61,505 nt of DNA from Candidatus Pacearchaeota archaeon. Lineage in GTDB: Archaea > Nanobdellota > Nanobdellia > Pacearchaeales > UBA284. The stretch spans positions 1 through 61,505 of the forward strand of contig JAPLYB010000015.1 in the NCBI GenBank assembly GCA_026395795.1, given 5' to 3'. The notes beneath the pieces are model-generated. The model did not search any database, was not told the DNA's origin, and saw nothing but the letters and a program-made list of their open reading frames with translations. Shown piece by piece: positions 1-9,118 of the stretch (its first letter is position 1; the number at the start of each line of letters is the position of its first letter). The translations under genes were made by a program, and so were the position numbers.

Positions 1-1
1 A

Positions 2-295
2 AAATATCATCCACAAAAAATCCTTACAGATAACAATCCCTTCAAAGAAAATTGGAAAAACTGGTGTTCAGAGAATAAAATTGAAGCAGTTTTTGCTCAT
101 CCTTACTATCCTCAAGATAAAGGAAAAGTAGAAAGAACAAATAGGAATATTGCTGAAGAGCTTGTGAATATAATCACAATCTTTCACAAGCTTTTGAAAA
201 ATGAAGAAGTTGAGAAATGGACGAAGTGGTTCAATGAAAAGAGATTTAACAATGGGATTAAAGATTTTCCTGCAAATCTTTATGTTAAGTATTAA
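2..295 (+). mobile_element. C-terminal fragment of a DDE (rve/integrase-core type) transposase; the 5' part lies outside the window
   Basis: Frame 2 is open from the window edge to TAA at 293-295: ..ILTDNNPFKENWKNWCSENKIEAVFAHPYYPQDKGKVERTNRNIAEEL..WFNEKRFNNGI. The HPYxPQxxGKVER block matches the region around the last catalytic acidic residue of integrase-core transposases. Confidence 0.6.
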
Positions 296-359
296 GGTTT
301 ACTTAACATGTTTACTCCCCTAGTAAGAAGTATTATAAACTAGAGCACCTCTGTTTTGT

Positions 360-578
360 ATGAATAAAACACTTTTAATTATAGGGGTTATAGTCTTAGT
401 TTTAGGAATTTTAGCACAAATTTATTCTGTAACAACCACTGAAGATTATGTTTTTGGTTTGTTCACAAAGTCGATTACTTCTCAACCATATGATTATCTT
501 GCAATTCCTTTGATTGTCGGGGGAGCTGTTCTAATTATTGTTGGACTTGCAGTACGTGGAAATTCTGAGAAGAGATAG
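360..578 (+). CDS. small membrane protein (two hydrophobic helices), function unknown
   Basis: 72-aa ORF with an N-terminal LLIIGVIVLVLGILAQIY helix and a C-terminal LAIPLIVGGAVLIIVGLAV helix. Confidence 0.45.
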   Translation: MNKTLLIIGVIVLVLGILAQIYSVTTTEDYVFGLFTKSITSQPYDYLAIPLIVGGAVLIIVGLAVRGNSEKR

Positions 579-640
579 GTTTTTCTTTAGAAAAAAAGTG
601 TTGTTCCAATTCAATCAGACAACTTAGAAAAAAATTGAAT

Positions 641-907
641 TTATTCAGATTCGTTTAAACCAAGACTCTTTCTCAATTTTTCTAATCTTTCTCTGTAAAT
701 CGAGACAGAATCATCATTTTCTATTCCCAAGATTTTAATCTTGATTTCTAATGCTTTTAATAAACTTTTATCAATCTCTTTAATATGATACCGCCCTAAA
801 TTGATATTGTCTTTCAGAATATCCTTCTCTATTTTCTTAAAATGTTCTTCTATTTCTTTTTTTAGACTTTCAGCTCCTCTTTCTATTCTTTTAGCTCTTT
901 TAACCAT
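641..907 (-). CDS. small charged helical protein, downstream partner of the AbrB-NTase gene
   Basis: 88-aa Lys/Glu-rich ORF overlapping the 3' end of 883..1632 by 25 nt. A counterpart with the same size and composition (3429..3659) follows the paralogous NTase. Confidence 0.5.
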   Translation of the reverse strand: MVKRAKRIERGAESLKKEIEEHFKKIEKDILKDNINLGRYHIKEIDKSLLKALEIKIKILGIENDDSVSIYRERLEKLRKSLGLNESE

Positions 908-1632
908 TTTTCAGATAATTCTAATATATCCATTAATTCGTCTGGAAGAAGATTATCCAACTCTTTTTCATCTCTTTTTATTCTTAAATAAGCTGAATAA
1001 GCTTTGTCTCCTGCCAGTTCTAAAAAATCTTTTTTATGGTAATTTTTGTTTGAAAGAAGGCATTTTATCAGGTATAATTCTCTCAGCCTTAAAACAATAG
1101 AATAAACAATGCCATCTGGAATATTCATGATCTTCTCTTTACACAGATCTACAGCATCTTTGTTTATCTTAAAAATCTTATTGATCTCCAACAGATTTTT
1201 TTTAAAATTAAATTTGTATCTCTTAAGCCTGTATTTTTCAATTAATTCTTTATTGAGAATGACTTTTGCCTCTTTTAGGATGCTCAAGTAATTCAGACTA
1301 TTTGGCAGGTTCTTTGAAAAAGAACTCTCTGAAACTAGGAGCATCTCGTAATTATTGTGATTGATGAGCCTATTTGTTTTTTCTGTTATGATTAGAACAT
1401 CTATATCACTGTTGAAATCAAAATCTGATCTTGAATAACTGCCAAATAAATAAATCCCTTTTATTTCCTCATTTAAATCCTTTTCAAACAGGCAGGTTAT
1501 TATGTCCTGGAGAATTTTCTCTTTTGAAGGATTAAAAAGAGTTACAACCACCTGTTTGTTTAGCCAGCTTCTAGGCAATAAAACTCCGGCAGATGTTCCA
1601 ACTTCTCTTGCTTGTTTTACTATTGTTTCCAT
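883..1632 (-). CDS. AbrB/SpoVT-like N-terminal domain fused to a minimal nucleotidyltransferase (MNT-like) domain
   Basis: The N-terminus VGTSAGVLLPRSWLNKQVVV is a swapped-hairpin AbrB/MazE-like motif. It is followed by the GS-x10-DxD NTase signature LFGSYSRSDFDFNSDIDVLIIT. Paralog of 2674..3468. Confidence 0.75.
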   Translation of the reverse strand: METIVKQAREVGTSAGVLLPRSWLNKQVVVTLFNPSKEKILQDIITCLFEKDLNEEIKGIYLFGSYSRSDFDFNSDIDVLIITEKTNRLINHNNYEMLLVSESSFSKNLPNSLNYLSILKEAKVILNKELIEKYRLKRYKFNFKKNLLEINKIFKINKDAVDLCKEKIMNIPDGIVYSIVLRLRELYLIKCLLSNKNYHKKDFLELAGDKAYSAYLRIKRDEKELDNLLPDELMDILELSEKWLKELKE

Positions 1633-1865
1633 GTTTCTGTTTTCGTGCTTTAATCTTATTCAGGGGGGTTAGTATTATAATATATTATAATGCATCTATT
1701 TAAATCTTTCTTTTAAAATCGTTACCTTTTTGGCAGGAATTATTTTTGGGGTTGTAAGAAGTGAGCCGCTTCGCTGCGATGAGCAGGATGCGACTGAGCG
1801 CAAAAATCGGAAAAGAGCCGGAGGCGCGAAGGCGCCGAAAGATCTTTAATCTAAATCAAAGAGGA

Positions 1866-2135
1866 TTATTCTAATCCTCTGAGTTTCTTCCAGTTTGGAT
1901 CATAATCGAACTCTGGCCTAAGAAGACATCTATCCTCTCTTTTTGTAACACTGTCATTTAATTCTAAAAAAATTGCTGTTCCCCAATTTCTGTCAAAATC
2001 TGCTTTGTAGCATCTTTGATTAATTTTGAGAATTTCTTCTTTTGTTAGTCCTTCTGTTCTTCCTTTTTCAGATTCAGCAATTATTGCAACAAGTACATTA
2101 CAAGCATATAACAGAGTCATGATTTTCAATATCAA
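1866..2135 (-). CDS. hypothetical protein
   Basis: 89-aa ORF with ordinary amino-acid composition and no recognisable motif. Confidence 0.35.
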   Translation of the reverse strand: MILKIMTLLYACNVLVAIIAESEKGRTEGLTKEEILKINQRCYKADFDRNWGTAIFLELNDSVTKREDRCLLRPEFDYDPNWKKLRGLE

Positions 2136-2673
2136 TTAAAGTTTTTAAAAACTATTGTACTCGAAAAACAAGAGTTTTTCGGCACCCTAAAAAACCCGCC
2201 GGTTTTTGGGTTGCCGGAAACAGAAGTTTCTGGACACACTAAAAACTGAAAGTTTTTTAGTGCAGTAGAAAGGATTTTATAGATGTGTGGCTGGTAAGAA
2301 GATATGGAAGAAGATGGTGAAGAAATTAATAGGATAATTATTCTAGAAAAGAACATTATAGGAGATTTAAGCAGATGCAAAATCTGTAACATTAATTTTA
2401 CCGCAATACAACCCTGTATTATTTGCCAATTAATCATAGAAAAAGAGCAAAAACTTGGAAGAAAACTAACCAAACAGGAATTCCAAGATGCTATAAAGGG
2501 GTTTAAGTGAAAAAAAGGCGTAAGCGATTAGCGACCTTCCCAACCAATCATCCACATAAATTGTTGGTCAGTTTGAATCATGAAAAATGCAAAGCATTTT
2601 TGTGATGCTCGAAAATTGAACAAATTTTCGGTTAAACCGAAACCTTTAAGTAGTTATAACTTGTTATAACATT

Positions 2674-3468
2674 ATGGAATTAATCAAAAACACGATTAGG
2701 GTTGGAAATTCTGCGGGAGTTCTTTTACCTAAAGAATGGCTGAATACTCAGGTAAGAGTAGTTTTACAGCCCTTGAATATTGAGAGAGAAGTTTTGGAAA
2801 TTTTAATAGAAGAAAAGCTGTTAAAAAATCTGATGGGGGTCTATATAGTTGGAAGTTATGCAAGAAATGAGCAGACCATAGACAGTGATATTGATATTTT
2901 AGTTATAACAGACTCCATTGATAAAAGGATTAAAAAAGGAAAGTATGAAATTATATTCATTTCTAAGGAAAATGTAGAAAAACAGCTTAAAAACAATATT
3001 TTACCTTTGCTTCCAATGATTAAAGAAGCTAAAACATTGCTTAATCCTACTTTCCTTGAATCTTATAAAGAAGCCAGATTAACAATAAAAAATCTTAAAT
3101 GGCATATTGACACTACAAAATCTGCAATGAGGGTTGTTGATGCAAGTATTAAATTAGCTGAAGAATCTAACATCAAGATAGGGGATGGTTATGCTTATTC
3201 ATTGATTCTTAGGCTTAGAACCACATATATTATTGATTGCTTAAAAAAAGGCGGATTATGGACAAAAAAAGAATTTTTAGATTTAATAAAAAAAATAAGC
3301 GGTTCCTTAACTGCTTATGAAAGATATATCAGCTCAAAAAACAAAGACACCCTTGAATGCAAGCTTCCAATAGAAGAAGCAAAAAGATTAATGGGTTATG
3401 TTAATAAAAAAAATAAAGAGGCGGAAAAATGGCTAAAGGAGAAAAAAGATCAAGAAAGAAAAGAGTGA
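2674..3468 (+). CDS. AbrB/SpoVT-like domain fused to a minimal nucleotidyltransferase domain (paralog of 883..1632)
   Basis: Contains RVGNSAGVLLPKEWLNTQVRVVL followed by IVGSYARNEQTIDSDIDILVIT. It is colinear with 883..1632 along its whole length. Confidence 0.75.
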   Translation: MELIKNTIRVGNSAGVLLPKEWLNTQVRVVLQPLNIEREVLEILIEEKLLKNLMGVYIVGSYARNEQTIDSDIDILVITDSIDKRIKKGKYEIIFISKENVEKQLKNNILPLLPMIKEAKTLLNPTFLESYKEARLTIKNLKWHIDTTKSAMRVVDASIKLAEESNIKIGDGYAYSLILRLRTTYIIDCLKKGGLWTKKEFLDLIKKISGSLTAYERYISSKNKDTLECKLPIEEAKRLMGYVNKKNKEAEKWLKEKKDQERKE

Positions 3469-3659
3469 TTAGACAAATAGGAAGTTTGTTAAAAAGGGCA
3501 GAAGAACATAGAATAAAAGCCGAGACTATGCCAGGAGAAAAAGATACAACTCCTGCTTATTGGATTGAGGAAGCAGAAAGATTTGAGCAGCAGGCAAAAG
3601 AAAGAGAAGATATATTAAAAAGATTAGAAAAGAAAAAAGTAATGGAAAGAAAAAAATAA
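3429..3659 (+). CDS. small charged helical protein, downstream partner of the AbrB-NTase gene
   Basis: 76-aa Lys/Glu/Arg-rich ORF overlapping the NTase 3' end by 40 nt. Its ..YWIEEAERFEQQAKE.. segment resembles ..YHIKEIDKSLLKALE.. in 641..907. Confidence 0.5.
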   Translation: MAKGEKRSRKKRVIRQIGSLLKRAEEHRIKAETMPGEKDTTPAYWIEEAERFEQQAKEREDILKRLEKKKVMERKK

Positions 3660-3853
3660 GAGTGCCTGTGGGCTTCAGTTGAAACATTATTGTAAGTATG
3701 CCCTTCTGGACTTGGTCAAAGCCCACCAGACGAACTCCTTACCTTGGGTATATTCTTATATGTTATCTGTTGATTTAAATCTTTTTCTTAACCAAAACTC
3801 TTTTATATCTCTCATCTCTAAGCATTTCATGAAAAAGAGTTTTAGAAGATAAA

Positions 3854-4309
3854 ATGGAAACATTAATGCTAATAATAATACTTGTAATATTTCTTATAGC
3901 AATCATCATGGCTTATGTGATAGGAAGTGGGGCTGGATCGTATAAAAAACAAAAAGAGTGGGGAGAACAACTTCCTGATTTAAGGAAAGAGGCCATAATG
4001 AAGTCGAGGGCTGTTCTTGGAGGACAATTTTCAGAACAACTAGCACCTTTCCTGCCTGATTTCAAACATCTTCCAACAGAATGCAAGTTTTTAGGCAAGC
4101 CAATTGACTTTATTTGTTTTAAAGGGATGGATGAGAAAGAAATAAATGAGATTGTTTTTGTTGAAATCAAGAGTGGAAAAGCAACACTTAACTCTCAAGA
4201 AAAATCGCTTAAAAACACAATTGAAAAAAAGAAAGTAAGGTGGGAAGAGTATAGGATTCCTGAAGAGATAACTAAGAAAGCAGATGTGGAAGAAAAAGAG
4301 GAAAAATGA
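3854..4309 (+). CDS. membrane-anchored PD-(D/E)xK endonuclease distantly related to archaeal Holliday-junction resolvase (COG4741-like)
   Basis: N-terminal TM helix LMLIIILVIFLIAIIMAYVIG, then KPIDFICFKG....IVFVEIKSGKATLNSQEKSLKNTI (D...E-x-K nuclease core). Confidence 0.6.
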   Translation: METLMLIIILVIFLIAIIMAYVIGSGAGSYKKQKEWGEQLPDLRKEAIMKSRAVLGGQFSEQLAPFLPDFKHLPTECKFLGKPIDFICFKGMDEKEINEIVFVEIKSGKATLNSQEKSLKNTIEKKKVRWEEYRIPEEITKKADVEEKEEK

Positions 4310-4977
4310 TAAAAGCAATTCTTTTTGATCTGGACAACACACTCCTAGATTTCATGACTATGAAACATAAGTGCTGCGAAGCTGCTATTGAGGCAATGAT
4401 AGGAGCAGGACTTGATATGAAAAAAGACAGGGCATTGAAGATTCTGTTTGAATTGTATGATCAGTATGGAATAGAATATCAGAAGATTTTTGGGAAGTTC
4501 CTTATGAAAGTTGAAGGCAAAGTAGATTACAGGATAATGGTCCATGGCATTCTTGCTTATAGGAAAGTCAGGGATTCTTATCTTAGGCCTTATCCTAATG
4601 TGATGTCTACACTTCTTCAGTTAAGAAAAAGATACAAGCTTGCGATAATAAGCGATGCTCCAAGAATTGAGGCATGGCTCAGGCTTGTTACAATGAATAT
4701 GGAAGCTTTTTTTGATGTTGTCGTAACAGCAGGTGATGTCAGGAAACAAAAAACTTCTCTAACCCCTTTCAAGGCTGCATTAAAAGCATTAAAAATAAAG
4801 CCAGAAGAAGCTTTGATGGTTGGCGACAGGATCCCCAGAGACATAAACACAGCTAAAAAGCTCGGCATAAAAACGTGCTACGCAAGGTATGGTGATATGA
4901 AACCAGCGCCAAGGGGGAAAAGCGGAGCTGACTTTGAGATAGGGGATGTAAAGGAATTGATGGGGTTGGGAATTTAG
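4306..4977 (+). CDS. HAD-superfamily hydrolase (subfamily IA type)
   Basis: DxDxT motif ILFDLDNTLLDF, then IISDAP, then a C-terminal MVGDRIPRDINTAKKLG. A 4-nt ATGA overlap joins it to the upstream gene. Confidence 0.85.
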   Translation: MIKAILFDLDNTLLDFMTMKHKCCEAAIEAMIGAGLDMKKDRALKILFELYDQYGIEYQKIFGKFLMKVEGKVDYRIMVHGILAYRKVRDSYLRPYPNVMSTLLQLRKRYKLAIISDAPRIEAWLRLVTMNMEAFFDVVVTAGDVRKQKTSLTPFKAALKALKIKPEEALMVGDRIPRDINTAKKLGIKTCYARYGDMKPAPRGKSGADFEIGDVKELMGLGI

Positions 4978-5049
4978 TGGATAAGAAAGAAGAATAGAAT
5001 GATTTTCTTTGAACGAAAGAATTTTATAGACTTGTAACTAAAGAAGTTT

Positions 5050-5418
5050 ATGGCCAAAGACCACGAAACAAATGTTCATGAATTAAAAGAAAAAATCAAA
5101 ACTTTCTGTGAAGCAAGAGATTGGGATAAATTTCATAATGCAAAAGACCTTGCTATTGCTATCATTATAGAATCCGCAGAACTTCTTGAACCTTTCAGGT
5201 GGAAATCGGAACAAGAAGTAAAAGAATTATTTGAAAATCCACAAAAGAAGGAACATATAGAAGAAGAAATGGCAGACATTTTATACTTCTTATTAAGACT
5301 GGCTCAAAGATACAACATTGATTTATCAGAAGCTCTAGAAAAAAAGATTGAAAAGAATAATAAAAAATATCCTATTGAGAAAGCCAAGGGATCTAATAAA
5401 AAGTATAATGAGTTGTAA
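5050..5418 (+). CDS. MazG-type nucleoside-triphosphate pyrophosphohydrolase (DCTPP1/YpjD-like, all-alpha NTP-PPase)
   Basis: FCEARDWDKFHNAKDLAIAIIIESAELLEPFRW ... EEEMADILYFLLRLAQRYNIDL ... KIEKNNKKYP is the characteristic MazG-like core. Confidence 0.85.
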   Translation: MAKDHETNVHELKEKIKTFCEARDWDKFHNAKDLAIAIIIESAELLEPFRWKSEQEVKELFENPQKKEHIEEEMADILYFLLRLAQRYNIDLSEALEKKIEKNNKKYPIEKAKGSNKKYNEL

Positions 5419-5420
5419 AG

Positions 5421-7271
5421 ATGAGATTATATGAAGGAACAGTTCAAGAATTTAAAAAAGATATTGTAAATAATTCTATTGCTGAAAAAATAGCAGATAA
5501 ATTCAGAGAATATTACAAGAAATCAGCCAATGAATCTGAATTTAGATCGTGGGATAATTCTTTAAGAGTCTTAAAAGATGTTTTAGAGCAATCTAAATTA
5601 CTCAAAAATAAGATAGTTATTGAATATGAATTACCTTATTCTGCAAAAAGGATAGATGTCATTCTTTTTGGTGTTGATAAAGGGGGCTCGGATAACATAA
5701 TTGTTATAGAATTAAAGCAATGGTCGAATAATAATGTCAAGGATTCTGAAAATGAGGGTAATGTCTTGGTTAAGTTTGGTAGATTTAAGGAAACTCCCCA
5801 TCCTTCTCTTCAAGTAGAAGGCTATTACTATTATCTTAAAGATTTTATGAGTGTTTTTGAAGAAACTCCAAAAATATCTCTTAGCGCATGTGCATATTGT
5901 CATAATTATAAAAAAGGTGAAAAAGAAGTTCTTTATTCAACTAAATTTCATAAAGCCATTGAAAAGTATCCTTTATTTTCTCGAGAGGATATAAACGAAT
6001 TGGGAAAGTATTTTAAAGAAAAATTAGGTAAGGGGGATGGTTTAGAAGTTTTTGGCAGGTTTACACATAGTATACTGAGGCCTTCTAAAAGATTGTTAGA
6101 CCATACAAGGGATATGATTCAAAAACAACAAATTTTTAATTTAATTGATGAGCAGATAACACCATATAATACGATCATGCATAAAGCAAGAAAACTATCT
6201 AAACTGAGTGAAAAATCAATAATAATTGTTAAAGGTGGACCAGGAACCGGGAAATCGGTTATTGCACTAGAAGTTATGGGGGAATTGTTAAGAAAGGGTA
6301 AAAAGGTTTATCATGCAACAGGTTCTTCTGCATTTACAAACACCTTAAGAAAAATATTGGGCATAAGATCTTCTAGTTTATTTAAATTTTTTAATAGTTT
6401 TACAAACCACCAAGAGAATGAAATAGAAGTTTTAATCTGTGATGAAGCACATAGGATAAGAAAAACTAGCGAAAGCAGATATACCCCAAAAATTCAAAGA
6501 ACAGAAACTCCACAAATTGAGGAATTAATTAAAGCCGCACAACTTTTAATTTTCTTTATTGATGAACATCAGATTGTGAGACCAAAAGAAATAGGGAATA
6601 TAAAATTAATAAGAGAAACTGCTGAAAGATTAGGAGTTAAAGAAAACAATATCTTTGAATATGAGTTAAAAACGCAATTCAGATGCGGTGGTTCTGATTC
6701 TTATCTTCAATGGCTGGAAGATGTTTTGGAAATAAATGAAAGCAAGAATATTCTTCTTCAAAAAGAAGAAAAAATGAAATTTAACATTCTTTCTGATCCA
6801 AATGAATTAAGGAAAATTATAGATGAAAAGAATAAGCAAAAGAAGAATTGTGCTAGAATTGTTACGGGTTTTTGCTGGCCTTGGAGTGCTCCGAGAATGG
6901 ATGGAACTTTAGTAAATGATGTTAAAATAGGAAATTTTGAAATGCCTTGGGAAAAGAAAGACGAATTTTGGAAATGGGCAACAGACGATTCTGGAATGCA
7001 ACAAGTTGGAACAGTTTATACTGTCCAAGGATTCGAATTTGATTATATCGGAGTAATTTTTGGAAAAGATTTGGTTTATAACAAAGAAAAAGAAAGCTGG
7101 GAAGCTAAACCAGAAAATTCTTATGATGGTGAAGTAAAAAGGAATAATCCAGAATTACTAAAACACTTAAAAAATGTATACCGGGTTTTATTGTCTCGAG
7201 CACACAAAGGAGTTTATGTTTATTTTATGGATAAAGATACTGAAAATTATTTTAGAAATAAAAATTGTTGA
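5421..7271 (+). CDS. DUF2075-type (Schlafen group-3-like) nuclease/SF1 ATPase protein
   Basis: N-terminal PD-(D/E)xK-like KRIDVILFG..NIIVIELKQW; Walker A VKGGPGTGKSV; Walker B VLICDEAHR; C-terminal VYTVQGFEFDYIGVIFG and YRVLLSRAHKGVYVY. Confidence 0.85.
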   Translation: MRLYEGTVQEFKKDIVNNSIAEKIADKFREYYKKSANESEFRSWDNSLRVLKDVLEQSKLLKNKIVIEYELPYSAKRIDVILFGVDKGGSDNIIVIELKQWSNNNVKDSENEGNVLVKFGRFKETPHPSLQVEGYYYYLKDFMSVFEETPKISLSACAYCHNYKKGEKEVLYSTKFHKAIEKYPLFSREDINELGKYFKEKLGKGDGLEVFGRFTHSILRPSKRLLDHTRDMIQKQQIFNLIDEQITPYNTIMHKARKLSKLSEKSIIIVKGGPGTGKSVIALEVMGELLRKGKKVYHATGSSAFTNTLRKILGIRSSSLFKFFNSFTNHQENEIEVLICDEAHRIRKTSESRYTPKIQRTETPQIEELIKAAQLLIFFIDEHQIVRPKEIGNIKLIRETAERLGVKENNIFEYELKTQFRCGGSDSYLQWLEDVLEINESKNILLQKEEKMKFNILSDPNELRKIIDEKNKQKKNCARIVTGFCWPWSAPRMDGTLVNDVKIGNFEMPWEKKDEFWKWATDDSGMQQVGTVYTVQGFEFDYIGVIFGKDLVYNKEKESWEAKPENSYDGEVKRNNPELLKHLKNVYRVLLSRAHKGVYVYFMDKDTENYFRNKNC

Positions 7272-7308
7272 GGAAAGTAAGAAAAGTATTTAATGAAGGA
7301 TTAATAAG

Positions 7309-8007
7309 ATGAAACTCATAAAAACAATAAACTATAAATTAACAGAAGAAACACTCGAGAAAGATATTGATAAATTTATTGAATTAGCAAAAAAAGGGCA
7401 TTATCATATGGATAAAATGTATCAAAATGAGGGATTAAAAATAATAAAACAATACTTCAAGATATTAAATGAAAAATTTAAAAATAATGAATTAGAAGAA
7501 TGCAAAAGATGCTACCATAAATTAATCCTTTTTTTACTAATAGCGTCTAGTGGAGAAGATGATTTATTTGATTACAACGACCTTTTAGCAAAAATTAGCA
7601 ATGACTTTGATCATCATATCCAAAATTATTTTATTTGTCTTGTAAAAACCTGCGATATCGATGAGCTGACAGATAAAATCTCTGAATATGCCGCCTCACT
7701 AGATATTTACGGATTTGATTCTGATAAAGAAATTTTGTTAGAAAGTTTAAGTAAGGAGCAGTTAGATAAACTTGAGGAGAAAATGCTTGCAAAAACTCTG
7801 GGCATGACTAAAAAAGATGAAGATAAACAGGGGGTTGTTTATTTTTTAATGAATATAGCAGAAGTACGAGAAGATAAAGAAAAATATCTTAAGCTATGTG
7901 AGAGATTTAAGGGAGTTTTGACTGATAAAGAACTTGAATATTTGAGAGGAGAATATGAAGAAAACAAGATAATAGCTGAAAGATTAAAAATGTTGGGGAA
8001 AGTGTAA
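7309..8007 (+). CDS. hypothetical all-alpha protein, member of the 5050-10266 operon
   Basis: 232-aa ORF, 37 nt after the DUF2075 gene and ending 1 nt before the next start. No recognisable motif. Confidence 0.6.
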   Translation: MKLIKTINYKLTEETLEKDIDKFIELAKKGHYHMDKMYQNEGLKIIKQYFKILNEKFKNNELEECKRCYHKLILFLLIASSGEDDLFDYNDLLAKISNDFDHHIQNYFICLVKTCDIDELTDKISEYAASLDIYGFDSDKEILLESLSKEQLDKLEEKMLAKTLGMTKKDEDKQGVVYFLMNIAEVREDKEKYLKLCERFKGVLTDKELEYLRGEYEENKIIAERLKMLGKV

Positions 8008-8008
8008 A

Positions 8009-8512
8009 ATGAAATCAATTAAATTTACAGATTCTGAATTGAAATTCATTTATCAACTGATAAAATCTTTTGAAGAAGAGATGGTTCAAAATCCCTCGGA
8101 ATCTTGGGAAATGGACTATTACGATGAACCTCTTATTGATAGAAAACCATTAAAAAGCATATTGAAAAAGGTGGAAAAGTCCTTGCCTAAAAACAAAAAG
8201 GAAGAGATCTTAAAATCTTTTTTAAGAAGAAAGTATAGCACATTCAATAATGAAATTGATGAAAAGGTTTATTCTATTTTAGAAAAAGCATTCATGCAAT
8301 TAAAAACAGTTGAAATAAAGTATTTTAATACTGAAAGTGCTGAGTTTAGCAAGAGAAAAATTGACATTTATTATAAATCAAGGAAACATATCATCGCTTA
8401 TTGCCATTTAAGAAAAAGTATAAGAAAATTTAGAACAAGTAGAATAGCATACGCTAAATTAACAGATGAAAAGTATAAAATACCAGACGATTTTGATAAA
8501 AATAAATATTGA
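8009..8512 (+). CDS. WYL-domain protein
   Basis: The C-terminal half TVEIKYFNTESAEFSKRKIDIYYKSRKHIIAYCHLRKSIRKFRTSRIAYAKL fits the WYL pattern (..Y....R.i.P......yl.ayC...r..R.Fr..RI). Confidence 0.7.
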   Translation: MKSIKFTDSELKFIYQLIKSFEEEMVQNPSESWEMDYYDEPLIDRKPLKSILKKVEKSLPKNKKEEILKSFLRRKYSTFNNEIDEKVYSILEKAFMQLKTVEIKYFNTESAEFSKRKIDIYYKSRKHIIAYCHLRKSIRKFRTSRIAYAKLTDEKYKIPDDFDKNKY

Positions 8513-8531
8513 TAAGATAAAGAATTAAAAA

Positions 8532-9107
8532 ATGAAAATGGATAAAGAAGCAATGAAAAAAGAAGGGACAAGGGGCATGAAAGAATTTGATTTGGCTTGG
8601 AAAGAATTTTTTAAAAACAAGCTCCATCCGAAAAATGACGAGGAAGAAAAGAAAGAATTAGAAGAATTTGGTCATTGGTATAATTATGTTAGAAAACAAA
8701 GTGATACTGGAAAAACCCCTGCTGAAATGTATAAAGAAATTTATGGAAAAGAGCCCTCACAAAACCTGCCCATAAATTCTCAAGAACCAGGCAGAATGAT
8801 TAATTTTGAATGGGATGGTGACTACAATGAAAGTGATCTCAAGGGTGAGGATGAATTAGATGAATCTCAAGAAGGGGCTGTTGTTGTTGCTACTGAAATA
8901 TTTGAGGACAGTTGGAAACGAATAAAACAAGAAATAGATGGGGTTGACAAGAAAGAAGCATGTAAGTATTCGTTTATACTGGGATTTTTAGACTACCTAA
9001 AAATGATGGACAAGAAAGCAGAACTGATGGAGAAAAAAATGAAAAAGATGTCTAAAGAAGAGATTGAAAAATTTATTGATAATTTTAAAGAATATAAAAA
9101 GAATTAA
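8532..9107 (+). CDS. hypothetical acidic protein, member of the 5050-10266 operon
   Basis: 191-aa ORF in the tight same-strand array. No family assignable. Confidence 0.55.
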   Translation: MKMDKEAMKKEGTRGMKEFDLAWKEFFKNKLHPKNDEEEKKELEEFGHWYNYVRKQSDTGKTPAEMYKEIYGKEPSQNLPINSQEPGRMINFEWDGDYNESDLKGEDELDESQEGAVVVATEIFEDSWKRIKQEIDGVDKKEACKYSFILGFLDYLKMMDKKAELMEKKMKKMSKEEIEKFIDNFKEYKKN

Positions 9108-9118
9108 GGGGAGAACGA

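Noticed and set aside
2132-2473. 113-aa minus-strand ORF
   Set aside because: It overlaps the hairpin cluster and the opposite-strand 2304..2510 ORF. Its composition is hydrophobic and low-complexity, and I do not consider either ORF supported.
8532-9107. FGHWYNYVRKQSDTGKTPAEMY segment resembling the C-terminal WYN..RPH..L...TP tail of rve transposases
   Set aside because: This is a single short motif. The rest of the 191-aa protein has no DDE core, so I do not call it a transposase fragment.
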